Below are positions 32,404-45,337 of a DNA stretch of 64,000 bases, piece by piece (positions within the stretch are counted from its first letter, which is position 1; every line of letters begins with the position of its first letter). The stretch spans positions 6,820,001 to 6,884,000 of the forward strand of contig OZ059896.1 in NCBI GenBank assembly GCA_964057225.1, in the 5' to 3' direction. The translations under genes were made by a program, and so were the position numbers. A model generated the notes under the pieces. That model was not told the DNA's origin. It ran no database searches and saw only the letters and a program-made list of their open reading frames with translations. The DNA comes from Auanema rhodensis. Its lineage: Eukaryota > Animalia > Nematoda.

Positions 32404-32991
32404 ACAAGCATTTAAGAACTCTTACGTGTTATTTCTTTTAGTTTTTTTAAACGGGAGAGAGAGCCATTAAATATATTTATTTATTCAATAAAGGAATTCA
32501 TGTGTTTTCGTACTTTGTATTTGGTAGTAGTTTGTACTATTTATATTGTAATATAGTGCAGAAAATGGTTAGTAGCCTTAGTACGTACCTATTATATTTT
32601 GTCTTATTTTGCATGTTTTTGGCAGAAATACTCTTGCTGCCTTAATTGTTTTTATATATTTATCATTGAAAACTGTCTCTGATTTCACTCGGCAATGTCA
32701 TGGTCACACACTGATGATGAGGTGACCATGTAATGCCACGTTTCTTTCTTTTTATACGTTATTTTTTTCGATATAATCACTGGGTTTTCTCCTTATTTCT
32801 TTGAATTTTTCTTCTCTTTTGGCAGTTATCAATTGGCGTACATTAAACGATGGCGTGTTCATCGGCACGTATCGGGCCAACACTGTTTGTCCCTTTATTT
32901 GTTCTGATTGTTCCGCAACGACTTGTCGTTTTATCATCCTTTTCGCTTATATATTTTCAACTATTTTTTAAATTAAAATTTTTAAAGTAAA

Positions 32992-35466
32992 ATGGTCGCT
33001 GAACAGCTTCGTTTGGACTTAGAGGATGCTGCTAACCGCATGCGAATCTCTGCCATTGAAATGACTTGTGCTAGCAAGAGTGGACATCCTTCTTCCTCTA
33101 CTTCAGCTGGTTTATATTTTTAATATTTATATTTTTTTAACAATACTTGCAGCTGAAATCTTGTCTACCCTTTTCTTCCATGAAATGAAATATGACATTA
33201 ATGAACCCAAGTCCGCTAATGCAGACCGTTTTGTCCTTTCTAAGGTTTCCGTACTTTTTTTAATTTGTGTCAGTGTTTCTATTGCAGGGTCATGCTTGCC
33301 CTATTCTCTATGCCGCTTGGGAAGAAGCTGGTCTCCTTTCTCGTGAGCAAGTTTTGTCTTTGAGAAAAATTGATTCCGATATTGAGGGACATCCAACTCC
33401 CGTTAGTTTCGAAATTGTAAAACTAGTTAGAGTGAACAATTATAGAGATTGAACTTCATTGATGTCGCCACTGGATCTTTGGGACAAGGTCTCTCTTGTG
33501 CCGCCGGTATGGCCTACGTTGGAAAGAACATTGATAAAGCTAGCTATCGTGTTTTCTGTTTGATGGGAGATGGAGAAACTGCTGAAGGAGCTGTTTGGGA
33601 AGCTGCTGGTGTGTTATCTTAGCTCGCGTGTTTTCATCTTTCGACATTTGTAGCATTTGCTTCCTATTACAACCTTGATAATTTGGTTGCCCTTGTCGAT
33701 GTCAACAGACTGGGACAATCTCAACAAACTGCTCTTGGTCACAGTGTTGATGTGTACCAGGTGTAATCAGCATCTAAAGTGTGATAATTGAAATTTTTGA
33801 ATTTAGGCTCGTTTCGCTGCTTTCGGTTTTAACTCCATTGTTGTAGATGGACACAATATTGCTGAGTTGATTGCTGCTTACGAAACTGCCAAGAACACAA
33901 AGGCATTTGAATACAATAAATATTGCAAAAACTATTCATCTTTCAGGGCAAGCCTACTGCTATCATTTGCAAAACCTTGAAGGGAAAGGGAATCGAGGGA
34001 GTTGAAGACCTCGATAACTGGCACGGAAAGCCAGTTCCAGTTGACAAGGTTGGTTGAAAAAAATAGTTCTGTATATGCTTTATTTATTTATAATTTGCAG
34101 ATTGATGCGATCAAGGCTCGTCTTCATGGAAGCCAGAAGGGAAAGCTCGTCGCTGCTAAACCACTCGCTGATGCCCCAGTTGTCGATCTCCAACTTGGAT
34201 CCATCAAGATGGCTCCTCCAACTTACAAAAAGGGAGATAAGGTTTAATGAAGTACAAAACAATACTTACAATTGGTATTAAGGTTGCTACTCGCGCAGCT
34301 TACGGAACTGCTCTAGCCAAACTTGGGGATGCTAGCCCACGTGTTATTGGACTTGACGGTGACACCAAGAACTCTACCTTTTCCGATAAACTTCTCCAGG
34401 TATTAATTTAAGTTTTGTTTTAGCAACATTTACTTTCATTTGCAGAAGCATCCAAATCAATTCATTGAATGTTTTATTGCTGAGCAAAACTTGGTTGGAG
34501 TCGCTGTTGGAGCTCAATGCCGTGATAGAACCATCCCATTCACCAGGTAATTAACTTGTTATAACATTATACAAACTCATATTAAAATGTTTTTTTAGCA
34601 CATTTGCTGCTTTCTTCTCTCGCGCTGCTGATCAAATCCGCATGGCAGCAGTTTCTTTCGCTAATGTAAAGTTTGCTGGATCTCATGTAGGAGTTTCTAT
34701 TGGTGAAGATGGACCTTCCCAGATGGCTCTTGAGGTATTTTATAATTGCTTTCTGAAAATATGATAATTGTATCTGCGTAGGACATCGCTATGTTCCGTG
34801 CTATTCCGGGATCCACTGTATTTTACCCCACTGATGCTGTATCTGCTGAAAGAGCTACCGAGTTGGCTGCTAACATCAGAGGCATGGTTTTCATCAGAAC
34901 TGGGCGTCCAGCTCTTGAAGTTCTTTATGAAAATGATGAAGTTTTCAAAGTCGGCCAGGCTAAGGTTAGTATGATTAAATGCGTTTGCTCAAAGTTTTGT
35001 TGCAGGTTGTCAAGCAATCACCACAGGATAAAATTGTTCTCATCGGAGCCGGAGTTACACTCTACGAGTGTCTCAAGGCTGCTGAACAATTGGAGAAAGA
35101 AGGTAAAAAAAAGAAGAAATTCAATATTATTGAGATATATTAGGAATTCACGCTTGCGTAATTGACCCATTCACTATTAAGCCTATTGACAAGGCTACTA
35201 TTCTTCAACATGCTCAAAGAGTTGGTGGAAAGGTTCTCACTGTTGAAGATCACTACCCAGCAGGAGGAATCGGAGAAACCGTAATTACTTTTTTTCTTAA
35301 TTTTGCGAACAGAATTGTTTAGGTTTCTGCCGCTTTGGCTGATGAAGCTGTCAGAGTTCGTAGTATCTGTGTTCAAGATGTTCCTCGCTCTGGACCACCT
35401 GATGATTTGGTTGATATGTTCGGAATTTCTGCCCGTCATATTGTCAATGCTGTCAAGCAATTTTAA
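32992..35466 (+). CDS. tkt-1: transketolase
   Basis: SGHPSSS, DRFVLSKGHACP, EGHPTP, GSLGQG, TPP motif [30 protein letters not shown] and VEDHY. Confidence 0.97.
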
Positions 35467-36177
35467 TCGATACTCTTATCTGGCATGATGTTAATTTTCG
35501 TATTAAATTATTTCTCTGCTGCTTGACCGGTGATAACGGTTGTGTTATCTCTTTTAGATAGTGTTTTACCTGTTTTTCGGTTAAATGTTATGATGCCTAT
35601 AAAGTGTTAGATCAAGTTATTTTGCTCAGAACAAAGGGATGATTCTTCATGAAACAGATTAAATATAATACAATATTTCTTGATCAGGTTTGAAAAATTT
35701 TCACCAAAAATTAAAAATGTAATTCTGTACAATTTTCGGGCGCCAAATAATTTTTTTTCTTTGGGCATGTCAACGAAATTATCCAATGGAGTCACATGTG
35801 TTAAAAATAAGAGAAAAAGGGAATGTTGTTCACTATTTCTGATCTATTAGGAAAGATATGAAAATAATAGTTATTGAATTATGCTCAGTTATATATCAAC
35901 ATTTACTACAGTTTTAATCCATACTGTAAGTTCTCGGTTATATCTTTGACCGTTGTTCCATATTTGACACGTGGTCTTAGAGCAATCTTTCTGGCCTATT
36001 GTTCTTCACCTAGTTCAGATTGTTTAAGGAAAACCATAAACATCATTCTCCGCCCCTGATCGTAGACCAATGACGATACAAAATTGTGTATCTGACCCTT
36101 TTCTTTGTTTGTTCTCTTAGCAGTTATTAATGAAAATGTTTGTCACCGTTTTTCTTGTATAATTAGAAAATTTTAGA

Positions 36178-39100
36178 ATGAAAATTGCAATTATTGGTCA
36201 ATCTGCTTTCGGAGTAGATGTCTATAAAGCATTACGCAGCAATGGACATGATATTGTTGTAGTATTTACAATTCCGGACAAAAATGGAAGAGAAGATTTA
36301 TTGGGTTTGTATCACTACTATTATAGCTTATTTGCAATATATTTTCAAATTTTATATTTAATCTGTGCTAATTTTTGAACCGTTAAACCAATTTTGTAGC
36401 TCTCGAAGCTGCGCAAGACGGTGTTCCAGTACAGAAACCATCACGTTGGAGAAGAAAGAATGCCGAAGGAAAATTCGAGGTGAAAAAAATTGTTCGAATT
36501 TTCATATTTTTAGAATTGTTCAGGTTATCCCCGAAATGTTACAACTATACAGTTCTTTCGGTGCTGAATTAAATGTTTTACCTTTCTGTACTCAATTCAT
36601 TCCGTTAGAAATTACGGAATTCCCTAAATTCAAGAGTATTATTTATCATCCATCCATTCTCCCAAAACATCGGTAAATAAAGGTTTTTTTTTATATTGTC
36701 AGTGAAATACTATTTATAGGGGTGCTTCTGCTATTAACTGGACTCTTATTGAAGGAGATGAAGAAGCTGGTCTTAGTATTTTCTGGGCTGATGATGGACT
36801 TGATACCGGACCAATTCTTCTTCAAAAAAAATGCAAGTAAGATAATTTTTTTATTATTCATTTTATCAAATATTTTTCCCAGAGTTGAAGAAAATGATAC
36901 ATTGAATTCTCTGTATAAACGCTTTCTCTATCCCGCTGGAGTTGATGCAATGGTGAGCGAATTCTATTCATTTTGATGTCTTCATTTAATTATACTCGTC
37001 TTATACGTATAATTTCTAAGGCTGAAGCAGTTGAGCTAATTGCTGCTGGGAAAGCTCCAGTGATCGTACAACCTACTGAAGGTGCAAGCTACGAACCTTA
37101 CATCACCACCAAACCAGAACTGGCCGAAGTGGACTGGAAAAAATCTCGCGATCAAATTCACAATTTCATCCGCGGTAATGATAAGGTACGAGAAATGAAT
37201 GTGCAAAGTAGGACATGATATTTTCCCCAGGTCCCTGGTGCATGGTCAACCTTTAATAATGAAAAGGTTACTTTCTTTGGAAGTACTAAGTGGAAATCTG
37301 ACTGTATCCCTGATGGCAGAAAAGTGGCTATTTCTGAAACTAATTTCGAAGTTATTGCACACGATGGTGGACTACTTCTTCCTGGATTTGATGGACTTTA
37401 TGTTAGTTCATTCGAAAAGCATAATTACTCTGTATTTATAGGTAAATGTTGATACTATAAAAGTTGGCAGCAAAACAATGCCTGCTCACAAATATGGGCT
37501 TATTGAAGAAAAAGGAGAAGCTTTAGTTCTAACTGACGAAGAGAAAGTGATTGTAGCTACAGCAAAGGTAAAATACAATTTATTTAGAACTGTAAATATT
37601 GTTTTAGGGTATTTGGGAAGCTATTTTGAAGCAACCTGTCTCTGATGAAACAGATTTCTTCGAAGCGGGGGCTTCTTCTGCAGACGTTACCAGACTGGTC
37701 GAAGAATTGAAGTTCACCACCAAAGTCGAACTAGAAAACACTGACGTATGATTCAAGATATAAAGTAGAGATAACGTCTACTTATTTAGATTTACATGGC
37801 TTCTAAATTCTCTGAAAACATTGATATTCTTATTCGTAAGAGCCGTGGTGGCGATGCTCTTACGGTTGAATATGATCCCGTATGTTGAATCTAAAGTAAT
37901 TGAAAAAATGAATATTTTTAGATTATTATTGAAGTTAATGGTCTGACTTTAAAGTTCCCTCATGAGTTATTCATAAACGGACAGTTTGTCCCATCAAATA
38001 GTGGCAGGTAACAGTCATAACTTTAAAGAAGTACCCGTGCCTTTAAGAACTTATGAAACAATTAATCCTGCTGATGAATCTGTAATCTGTTCGTTGCCAA
38101 AAGCTGACTTGACAGATGTTAATAAAGCTGTTGCTGCAGCTAAGAATGTGATTACTTTTGTACAAAATACTTATCTAATATCAAAAATTTAGGCGTTTGA
38201 AAACGGAGAGTGGAGAAAAATGTCGGCTCGAGAACGTGGAAAGCGTCTTCTGAAATTAGCAGATCTTATGGAACAACATAAAGACGAACTTGCAACATTA
38301 GAATCATTGGATTCTGGAGCTGTTTATACGTTGGCTCTCAAAACTCATGTTGGAATGTCAATTGACTCATGGAGATATTATGCTGGATGGTGTGATAAGA
38401 TTCAAGTATTTTGTTTGAATCTTCACGAAAAAAACACTTATATTATTTAGGGAACTACGATTCCAATCGCTGATGCTCGACCAAATCATAATTTGTGCAT
38501 TACCAAAAAGGAGCCAATTGGTGTTGTAGGAATGATCACACCATGGAATTATCCTCTTATGATGCTTAGTTGGAAAATGGCTGCTTGTTTGGCTGCCGGT
38601 AATACTGTTGTCCATAAACCAGCGCAGGTAACTCCTTTGACTGCCCTCAAGTTCGCCGAACTCTCCGTTCTTGCTGGAATTCCCGAAGGGGTTATCAACA
38701 TTATTACCGGATCAGGAAGTGAATTGTTTTGCATGCAGCACATTGAGTATATTTTCTATTTAGGTGAAATTGGCCAAGCTCTTTCAGATCATCCAGATGT
38801 CAGAAAGATAGCTTTCACAGGGTCAACTGATATCGGAGCTCAAGTCATGTCTAGGTAACAATATTCGTAAGCTTCAAAACTACTATAGTAATAATGTTTG
38901 CAGCTGTGCTAAATCCAACATCAAAAAAGTATCATTAGAACTTGGAGGAAAATCTCCTTTAATCATCTTCCCTGATGCTGATCTCGAAAGAGCTGTTAAG
39001 CAAACATGCACAGCTGTTTTCTTCAACAAAGGAGAAAATTGTATTGCTGCCGGAAGGATATTTGTAGCATCATCCATATACGACAATTTCTTAAAGAAAC

Positions 39101-39810
39101 TAATCGAAGAGACAAAGAAATATGTTATCGGGCACCCATTAGATCGCAGTACCGCTCATGGTCCACAAAATCATAAAGCGCACCTGGACAAGTTGATTGA
39201 GTATGTAAAAAATTCTGTACGAGACGGAGCAAAGGTTTTAATTAAAATTGAAAAATTTTTTGAACCATCTTTTTTCAGGTTGAAATTGGTGGGGAACGTC
39301 TAGATCGCCCTGGTTTGTTCTTCCCACCCACAATTTTCTCGAATGTTGATGACAAAAACTTCGCTGCTATTGAAGAATCCTTTGGACCCATTATGTGTGT
39401 TAGCAAGTTTGATGAAAAGTATGTTTCAATGTAGCCCTTTCTGATATCAACCGTTTGTTGTATTAAGCAACATTGATGATGTCATACGACGTGCTAATGC
39501 TACCGAATTCGGACTTGCTGCTGGTGTATTCTCACAAGTAGAGCCTTCAAAAAGTTTTCAGAAATTTAATTTGTTCTTTGAAGGATGTTTCTAAATGTCT
39601 GCGAGTGTCATCTCAATTACATGCTGGAACTGTCTTCGTTAATACTTATCAGAAAACTGATGTTGCCGCACCATTTGGTGGATTCAAACAATCTGGATTC
39701 GGCAAGGACCTGGGTACGTACTATAATTTGAAAATTAGAGAATGTTTTTTTTAGGAATGGAAGCCTTGAACGAGTATCTTCTCACTAAAACTATCACTTT
39801 CGAGTATTGA
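36178..39810 (+). CDS. alh-3: 10-formyltetrahydrofolate dehydrogenase (ALDH1L)
   Basis: Formyltransferase domain ([27 protein letters not shown]), carrier domain DFFEAGASS, and ALDH domain ([41 protein letters not shown]). Confidence 0.97.
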
Positions 39811-40214
39811 ACAGATACTGAGTTGCGCTAATTACTTCACATTAGTCTTTGACATGTTTCCATATATTTTAAATAATAATCTAATAATTTATTGGAAAAT
39901 AAACGTTTTATTTTAATTTTATGTTCAATCAATGTTTTCTTTCGACTGATACATAATACGTTCATCTGATTTCCATCGTCCGTTCCAGATGACCCCGAAT
40001 TCCTTTCCTCTTTCTCCTTTCTATCATATATAATCCCAAACTATACATTATTATGTCGTTTTCTGATTGATCTCATTAAACTTATTTGTTTTCACTAACA
40101 TACCTCTTTCCAATCTTTTGATAACGATTGAAAGACAAAACAAAGTATTCAGTAGGTTAACATCAATATATCTTTGTCTTGTATATACGACACCTTAACT
40201 TCTTTCTCTACAAA

Positions 40215-41225
40215 ATGACTGAAAATCAATTGAAGATGAATAAGATTGCGCCACTAAAATTTCTATACTGTCATGGTCTAGGATCTTCAATTTATAACAG
40301 AACTGGCCAATCGCTTACTCAATATTTTGAAAAGAAACCTCATTATTTTGAAAGGTAAAGCTTAAATTGTAAAGTGGTATCACTTTTTTTCTCAGGCTAG
40401 TATATCGTAATCCTGGAAGTACAGAAAAGGTTTGGAGAATTAACGAATGGAAAGAAGACATTTTAAATAGAATAAGTATTGTTTTAACAAATAAATATAT
40501 GAAAAAATTTTAATTTATTCTTTTTCTCAGAAGACGATGAGTGGATTATAATTGCTTCAAGTGCGGGAGGCCATTGTGCCTTGAATGCGGCTAAGGAATC
40601 GCCTGCCAATATCAAGGTATTGAAAACATATCATACTATTGTTTAATAAACTAAAATATCATTACAGGGTCTATTCCTTTTTTGCCCAGGAACAAATTTA
40701 AACATGTCTTATGGAGATAGGATTGCGCCTGGTGCTACAAAGCTGTTGAAAGCAGGAAAAAAGCTAATTCATCCGGCAACACGAAACGGGTATCCAGCTC
40801 TTGTAGACTATGAAGGATTCCAACAATTCATTGATGTAAGATTCTAAGCTATAGATGTATGCTCTCATTCTTAAATTCAGACTTGTGTTACAGCAACTCC
40901 TGGAGAAATACCAATTAAATGTCCAGTGCATATCGTTCACGGTAACAAAGATGATGTAAGTAATGTTTAAATTTTATTGTTCATAACAATTCCTTTTTAG
41001 ACAGTACCGTATGAAAATTCAATTTCTTTAGTCCAAAGACTAGCAAGTGTAGAAGTAAATATCACTCTAATTGAAAACGGAACACATCTTTTAGATGTAG
41101 GTTCTTTGGATGTAAACGTTTTTAATGAATTTCCTACTTTTTAGATGGATGATACAGTGATTCAGAAAATGGATAATTTTATAAGAAAATTTGATACAAC
41201 AACAACAACAAAACCAAAGTTATAA
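40215..41225 (+). CDS. alpha/beta hydrolase (ABHD10-like), C-terminal PKL
   Basis: YCHGLGSS oxyanion motif, nucleophile elbow IIASSAGG, IVHGNKDDTVPY (Asp) and NGTH (His). Ends TTTTTKPKL*. Confidence 0.8.
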
Positions 41226-41429
41226 AATTTTACAAGTGTAGAAATGAATATTTTATTTCACGTAGAAATTTATCACAAAAAACCGAATCAAAGTCATCAC
41301 AGTCATGCTATCACTTATGCAAGATATTATTTTCGGAATGCATTATAATGATATAAAAATAAATAAGTCAATAAATAAGTATGTTAAATTTCAAAATATG
41401 AGATGCATCAATAGAATATTATATTTTAG

Positions 41430-43575
41430 TTAATCACTGTCGATATCGGGTAAAACGCGTCTTCTTACATTATTTTCTTCGTCCTAAAGAAAACTTTCTG
41501 AATATGACTAGAATAGTGAAAATATACTTGAAGTAATCCTTCCGTTTCATCCTCGCCTTCAGAACTAAGATTTGAGTAAACAACCTGTCGTCTTTTTAAA
41601 CATTCTTTAATAAGAAGTGGTAATAAGCAAATACATGTAGCTACCATCTGAATAAGATTTTGATTGGTGCAAGTAATATGAAGTTCCAAACCATTAATAT
41701 GAACCCGTAAAACACTGCATTCCATCCAAACCAGGCTTCTATTGATGGTATCAACAGCTGTCCGAAAGCTGCACCAAGACTACCTGTGCCTACAAATAAG
41801 TTTTTCCTCTCAGAGATCTCATTATTTCAGCTGTACCATCAACTATTCCTGTAACTGTCGAAAGAGCCTCAGCACTACCACGTAGTTCTCTTGCTTTGCC
41901 CAGATCAGCAGATACAGAAGACGAGATCATACTAGCTGGACCTCCAATAAAAAAACCAGCAATGGCGAGAAGAATAGCATTTGCTGCATATGTTGGTGGG
42001 GAATCTGAAATATTTTATAAGAACGAATTAGTTCATAATATCCTACTTGATACTCCATATAAAGAGAACGTAGAGAGAGCTAGCATAATAACAACTAACG
42101 GAGTTCTTGATTGAAAATGATCCTATATAAATGTTGTAAATTTAAAAACTACATTATAATACTACCGATAAAGCTCCAGCCACTACTGAAGCTAAAATTC
42201 CGCCAACATCGTACCAAGTTGACAAAGCATCAGCATCTGATTCTTCCCATCCAAAATGAGAATGAAGGTAATATGGTAACCAGAAGAAAAACCCATAATT
42301 CACCAATTTCAGACAAGCATAGGCTAATGAATACTGAAATAAACTTTTTTAATTTTACTTATCAATTGTAAACATACTGCTATAACTCCTGGCAGCAACC
42401 ACGCCCTCCAAAAACTAATAGGTCTAGGTCTGGCGGCAGGATCGTCAGTTCGAACTTCTATAACTCTGTTAATTTCGTCCGGAAACTCAGCTGTATCAGG
42501 TAATCCTGTTAGCAACGAATGCGCTTAGTTGTTAAACAGTGACTGACTTACCAACATCGCGAGGAGCCGAAGCAAGGTTCCAGAACACCAAAAATGTGAA
42601 GACAAACAAGATGAGTGAGTTGGCAGCAAACGCATACTAAAGTAAACAAACTAACAAAAGTTTCACACATGATCATGTTCACTTAGAAACTTAACTAACC
42701 TCATAACCTAAAGTCACCAACTTGCTAGAAATTAATGTGCCAATTATATTGCCAACACTAGCACATGCTGACCAAATACCCATGACGGCTCCTCGAGAAT
42801 GATGTCCAAACCAATTTCCCATAATGCAAACCTTGAAACAAAAATGTATAAAGATTCGCTATCTATTTTAACTTACTTCAGTAGGCCATGCCACAGATTG
42901 AAAGATTCCACTAGCAATCCATAAAGATGCATAAATGGTTTTAGAATATATACCGAAAATTTCAGTAACATATCCAAAAAGAAAGGTCTTAATAATATAT
43001 CACAAAAATTAAGATTATGCTGTTAATTGTAAACTTACAGCAATGGCTGATAGCCACATGCCTATAGACAAAACAAGCCGAGGTTCATAACGATCACCAA
43101 GGATTCCTCCAAAAAATAATCCCTAAAACAATTTTTAACTATTATGGATTATCATAGAAACATACGATAGAATATGCAAAGAGAAATCCACCATCAAGAA
43201 GTGCTAAAAATTCAGAAGCTGCTTGTGTTGAAGGAAAAAGAGGTCCAGCCTCTGTAGTATTTTTGGTCCAGGCAGAAATTAAAGAAGGTTTAACAGTTGA
43301 TAAAGTTTTTCTTGTGGCATGCACGAATGCAAAACTGCAAAATTAAAACGGGATTCATAATTATTAAACCAAAATATAGTAATGTAGTACATATAAAAAT
43401 TTGAATAATATAATTAAGTTTGAATACAAAATAATTACCTAAAAAAAGTTAGCACAAACACTGATCCATGATGATGACTCCAATGTTCTCCGCCGGTGCA
43501 CCAATTAAAGATTCGAGAAAAGCCATTATTCGCTCTATTTAATGAATCAGAAGTACGCAGCCTTACCCGAGGCAT
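41430..43575 (-). CDS. SLC37-family (SLC37A3-like) sugar-phosphate exchanger, MFS
   Basis: HATRKTLSTVK, GILGDRYEPR, FQSVAWP, GNWFGHHSRG, WSACASVGNIIG, KLVNYGFFFWLP, ISSSVSADLG and VTGIVDGT. Confidence 0.92.
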
Positions 43576-45337
43576 TACCTAAGCAAAAAAAAATAAACAA
43601 CCAAAAACAGCAACTACAAAATACATAATCAAAATTAGCATGTGAATATCTAGCAAGTCAAGCTACAAGAGTAATAATCGTGCATAGCAACCTTAATCAA
43701 AATCAACACTTTAGCTTATTGGTTGGCTTTGTCAAATGAGGGGATTGTTGATGAGGAATAGAGAGGGTATGCAAGCAGCACGCATTCAAAAACAACCACA
43801 GAGCACGTGTTCGATGAAGGCGCAACGATTTAGACACGCACCAAAGTTAAATTGCAGTATCATATTACATAATTATTATATGTAAAATAATTAATATTGA
43901 AAAAATAATTAGTAATCTTTAGATAAAATGTAGTAAAGCTAACTTGTATTGGATTAAGAAACAGGAACATATATCATAAATGTGATAAAGACGCAGAGAT
44001 TGAGAGGCAGAAGACAGACAGAAACAAAGTGAATGGGTAGCCATAATAGGTAGGTAGGTAGAAAAACTGATGAAGTGACGATAATCATTCATATATAAAT
44101 TTCAAATGGTCTTCTATCCATAATTATTTAAAAAAAATTGAAAATTAACTAATACATAAATCTGTTGTAAATGTTTAAATTAAGTTACAATTCCTTGAAT
44201 TTATTCAATGATCAAACACCATATTTCTGAGCGCATACTCTAAAATCAATCAGTGTCAATAAAAGCATTTTCTACAATAAAAAAATCTCAATAGGATTAA
44301 GTATATTATTATAAAATTAAATATTTTGAAAAAGTGAATACGAATTAATTTGATAATTTCAGAATATTTGAGTAAATTATCTTAGTTTGTTTCCTCTTGG
44401 TAAAAATACAATGTAGAAAAAAGTCTTTCGTTTGTCATTTTAATATATTTTCTTGATATTCAGTTAAAAATATAATTGCAATTATCCTATTTTGATTTTA
44501 ATTTTCTTAGATCACCTTGATATACTAAATGTGAAAAGAATAACTTTCTACGTTTCCAAAACTATTTGAAGAGGGCTTTTAACATTTAAAGTCAGAATAA
44601 GAAACTGGTCTTTTCTGAGCTACTATAATTCTAAAGATTTCAGATGATTCATAAAATATTTCTTCATCTAGTTGTTTAATCATCATATGGTACATGTTTA
44701 ATTCAAGAGAAAGAGGTTGAAACCTTCATATGACTAAACCTAAGCAACTCAAAAATTAGAATTATTGAAAATATTGATAAAAATATATTTTTTTGTTACT
44801 CTATTATATTGTTTTTTTTTTAAATTAAAAAACAAATAAAGATTATCATGAAACATCAGACATTACGCCAGAGAAAAATGTATTCTCTCTTAAGACGTTT
44901 TTCAAAAGATAGCGACATTAAACCTGTTAAAATGTAAAATAAATTTGTGTCAATATGATAAAATAAAACATATTTTGTCTTCCGTTTAAAATCTAATCCG
45001 ATAGTTAAGCATCTTTTCCACCTCCGATTGTGTGTCTGTGTTAGTCAAAGTTCACAATTTTTTTTTCACCGTTTGCTCAGAAACTAACGAGGGCGGAGTT
45101 TGTTCGCGTGGGGTCGAGTAATACTATATAAGCTTCTTCGTCGAGACTTACTTGTCATCAAATAGTTAACATTCCTCACTTTTGTTATCCTGAAGTTTCC
45201 GCTTTCACCGTAGTTTTTTTTGTTAAATTTGCTATTTTCGAAGCATTGCTCGTAGTGTTTTTTTTAAAATTTACATTAATATATTGCATATTATAATATA
45301 TTTAAAATAAAATAATAATTGTTTAGAGGTGGTTTCA

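Noticed and set aside
32711-32745. CTGATGA as a hammerhead core or C/D box
   Set aside because: There is no properly placed GAAA or three-stem junction, and the C/D order and spacing are wrong.
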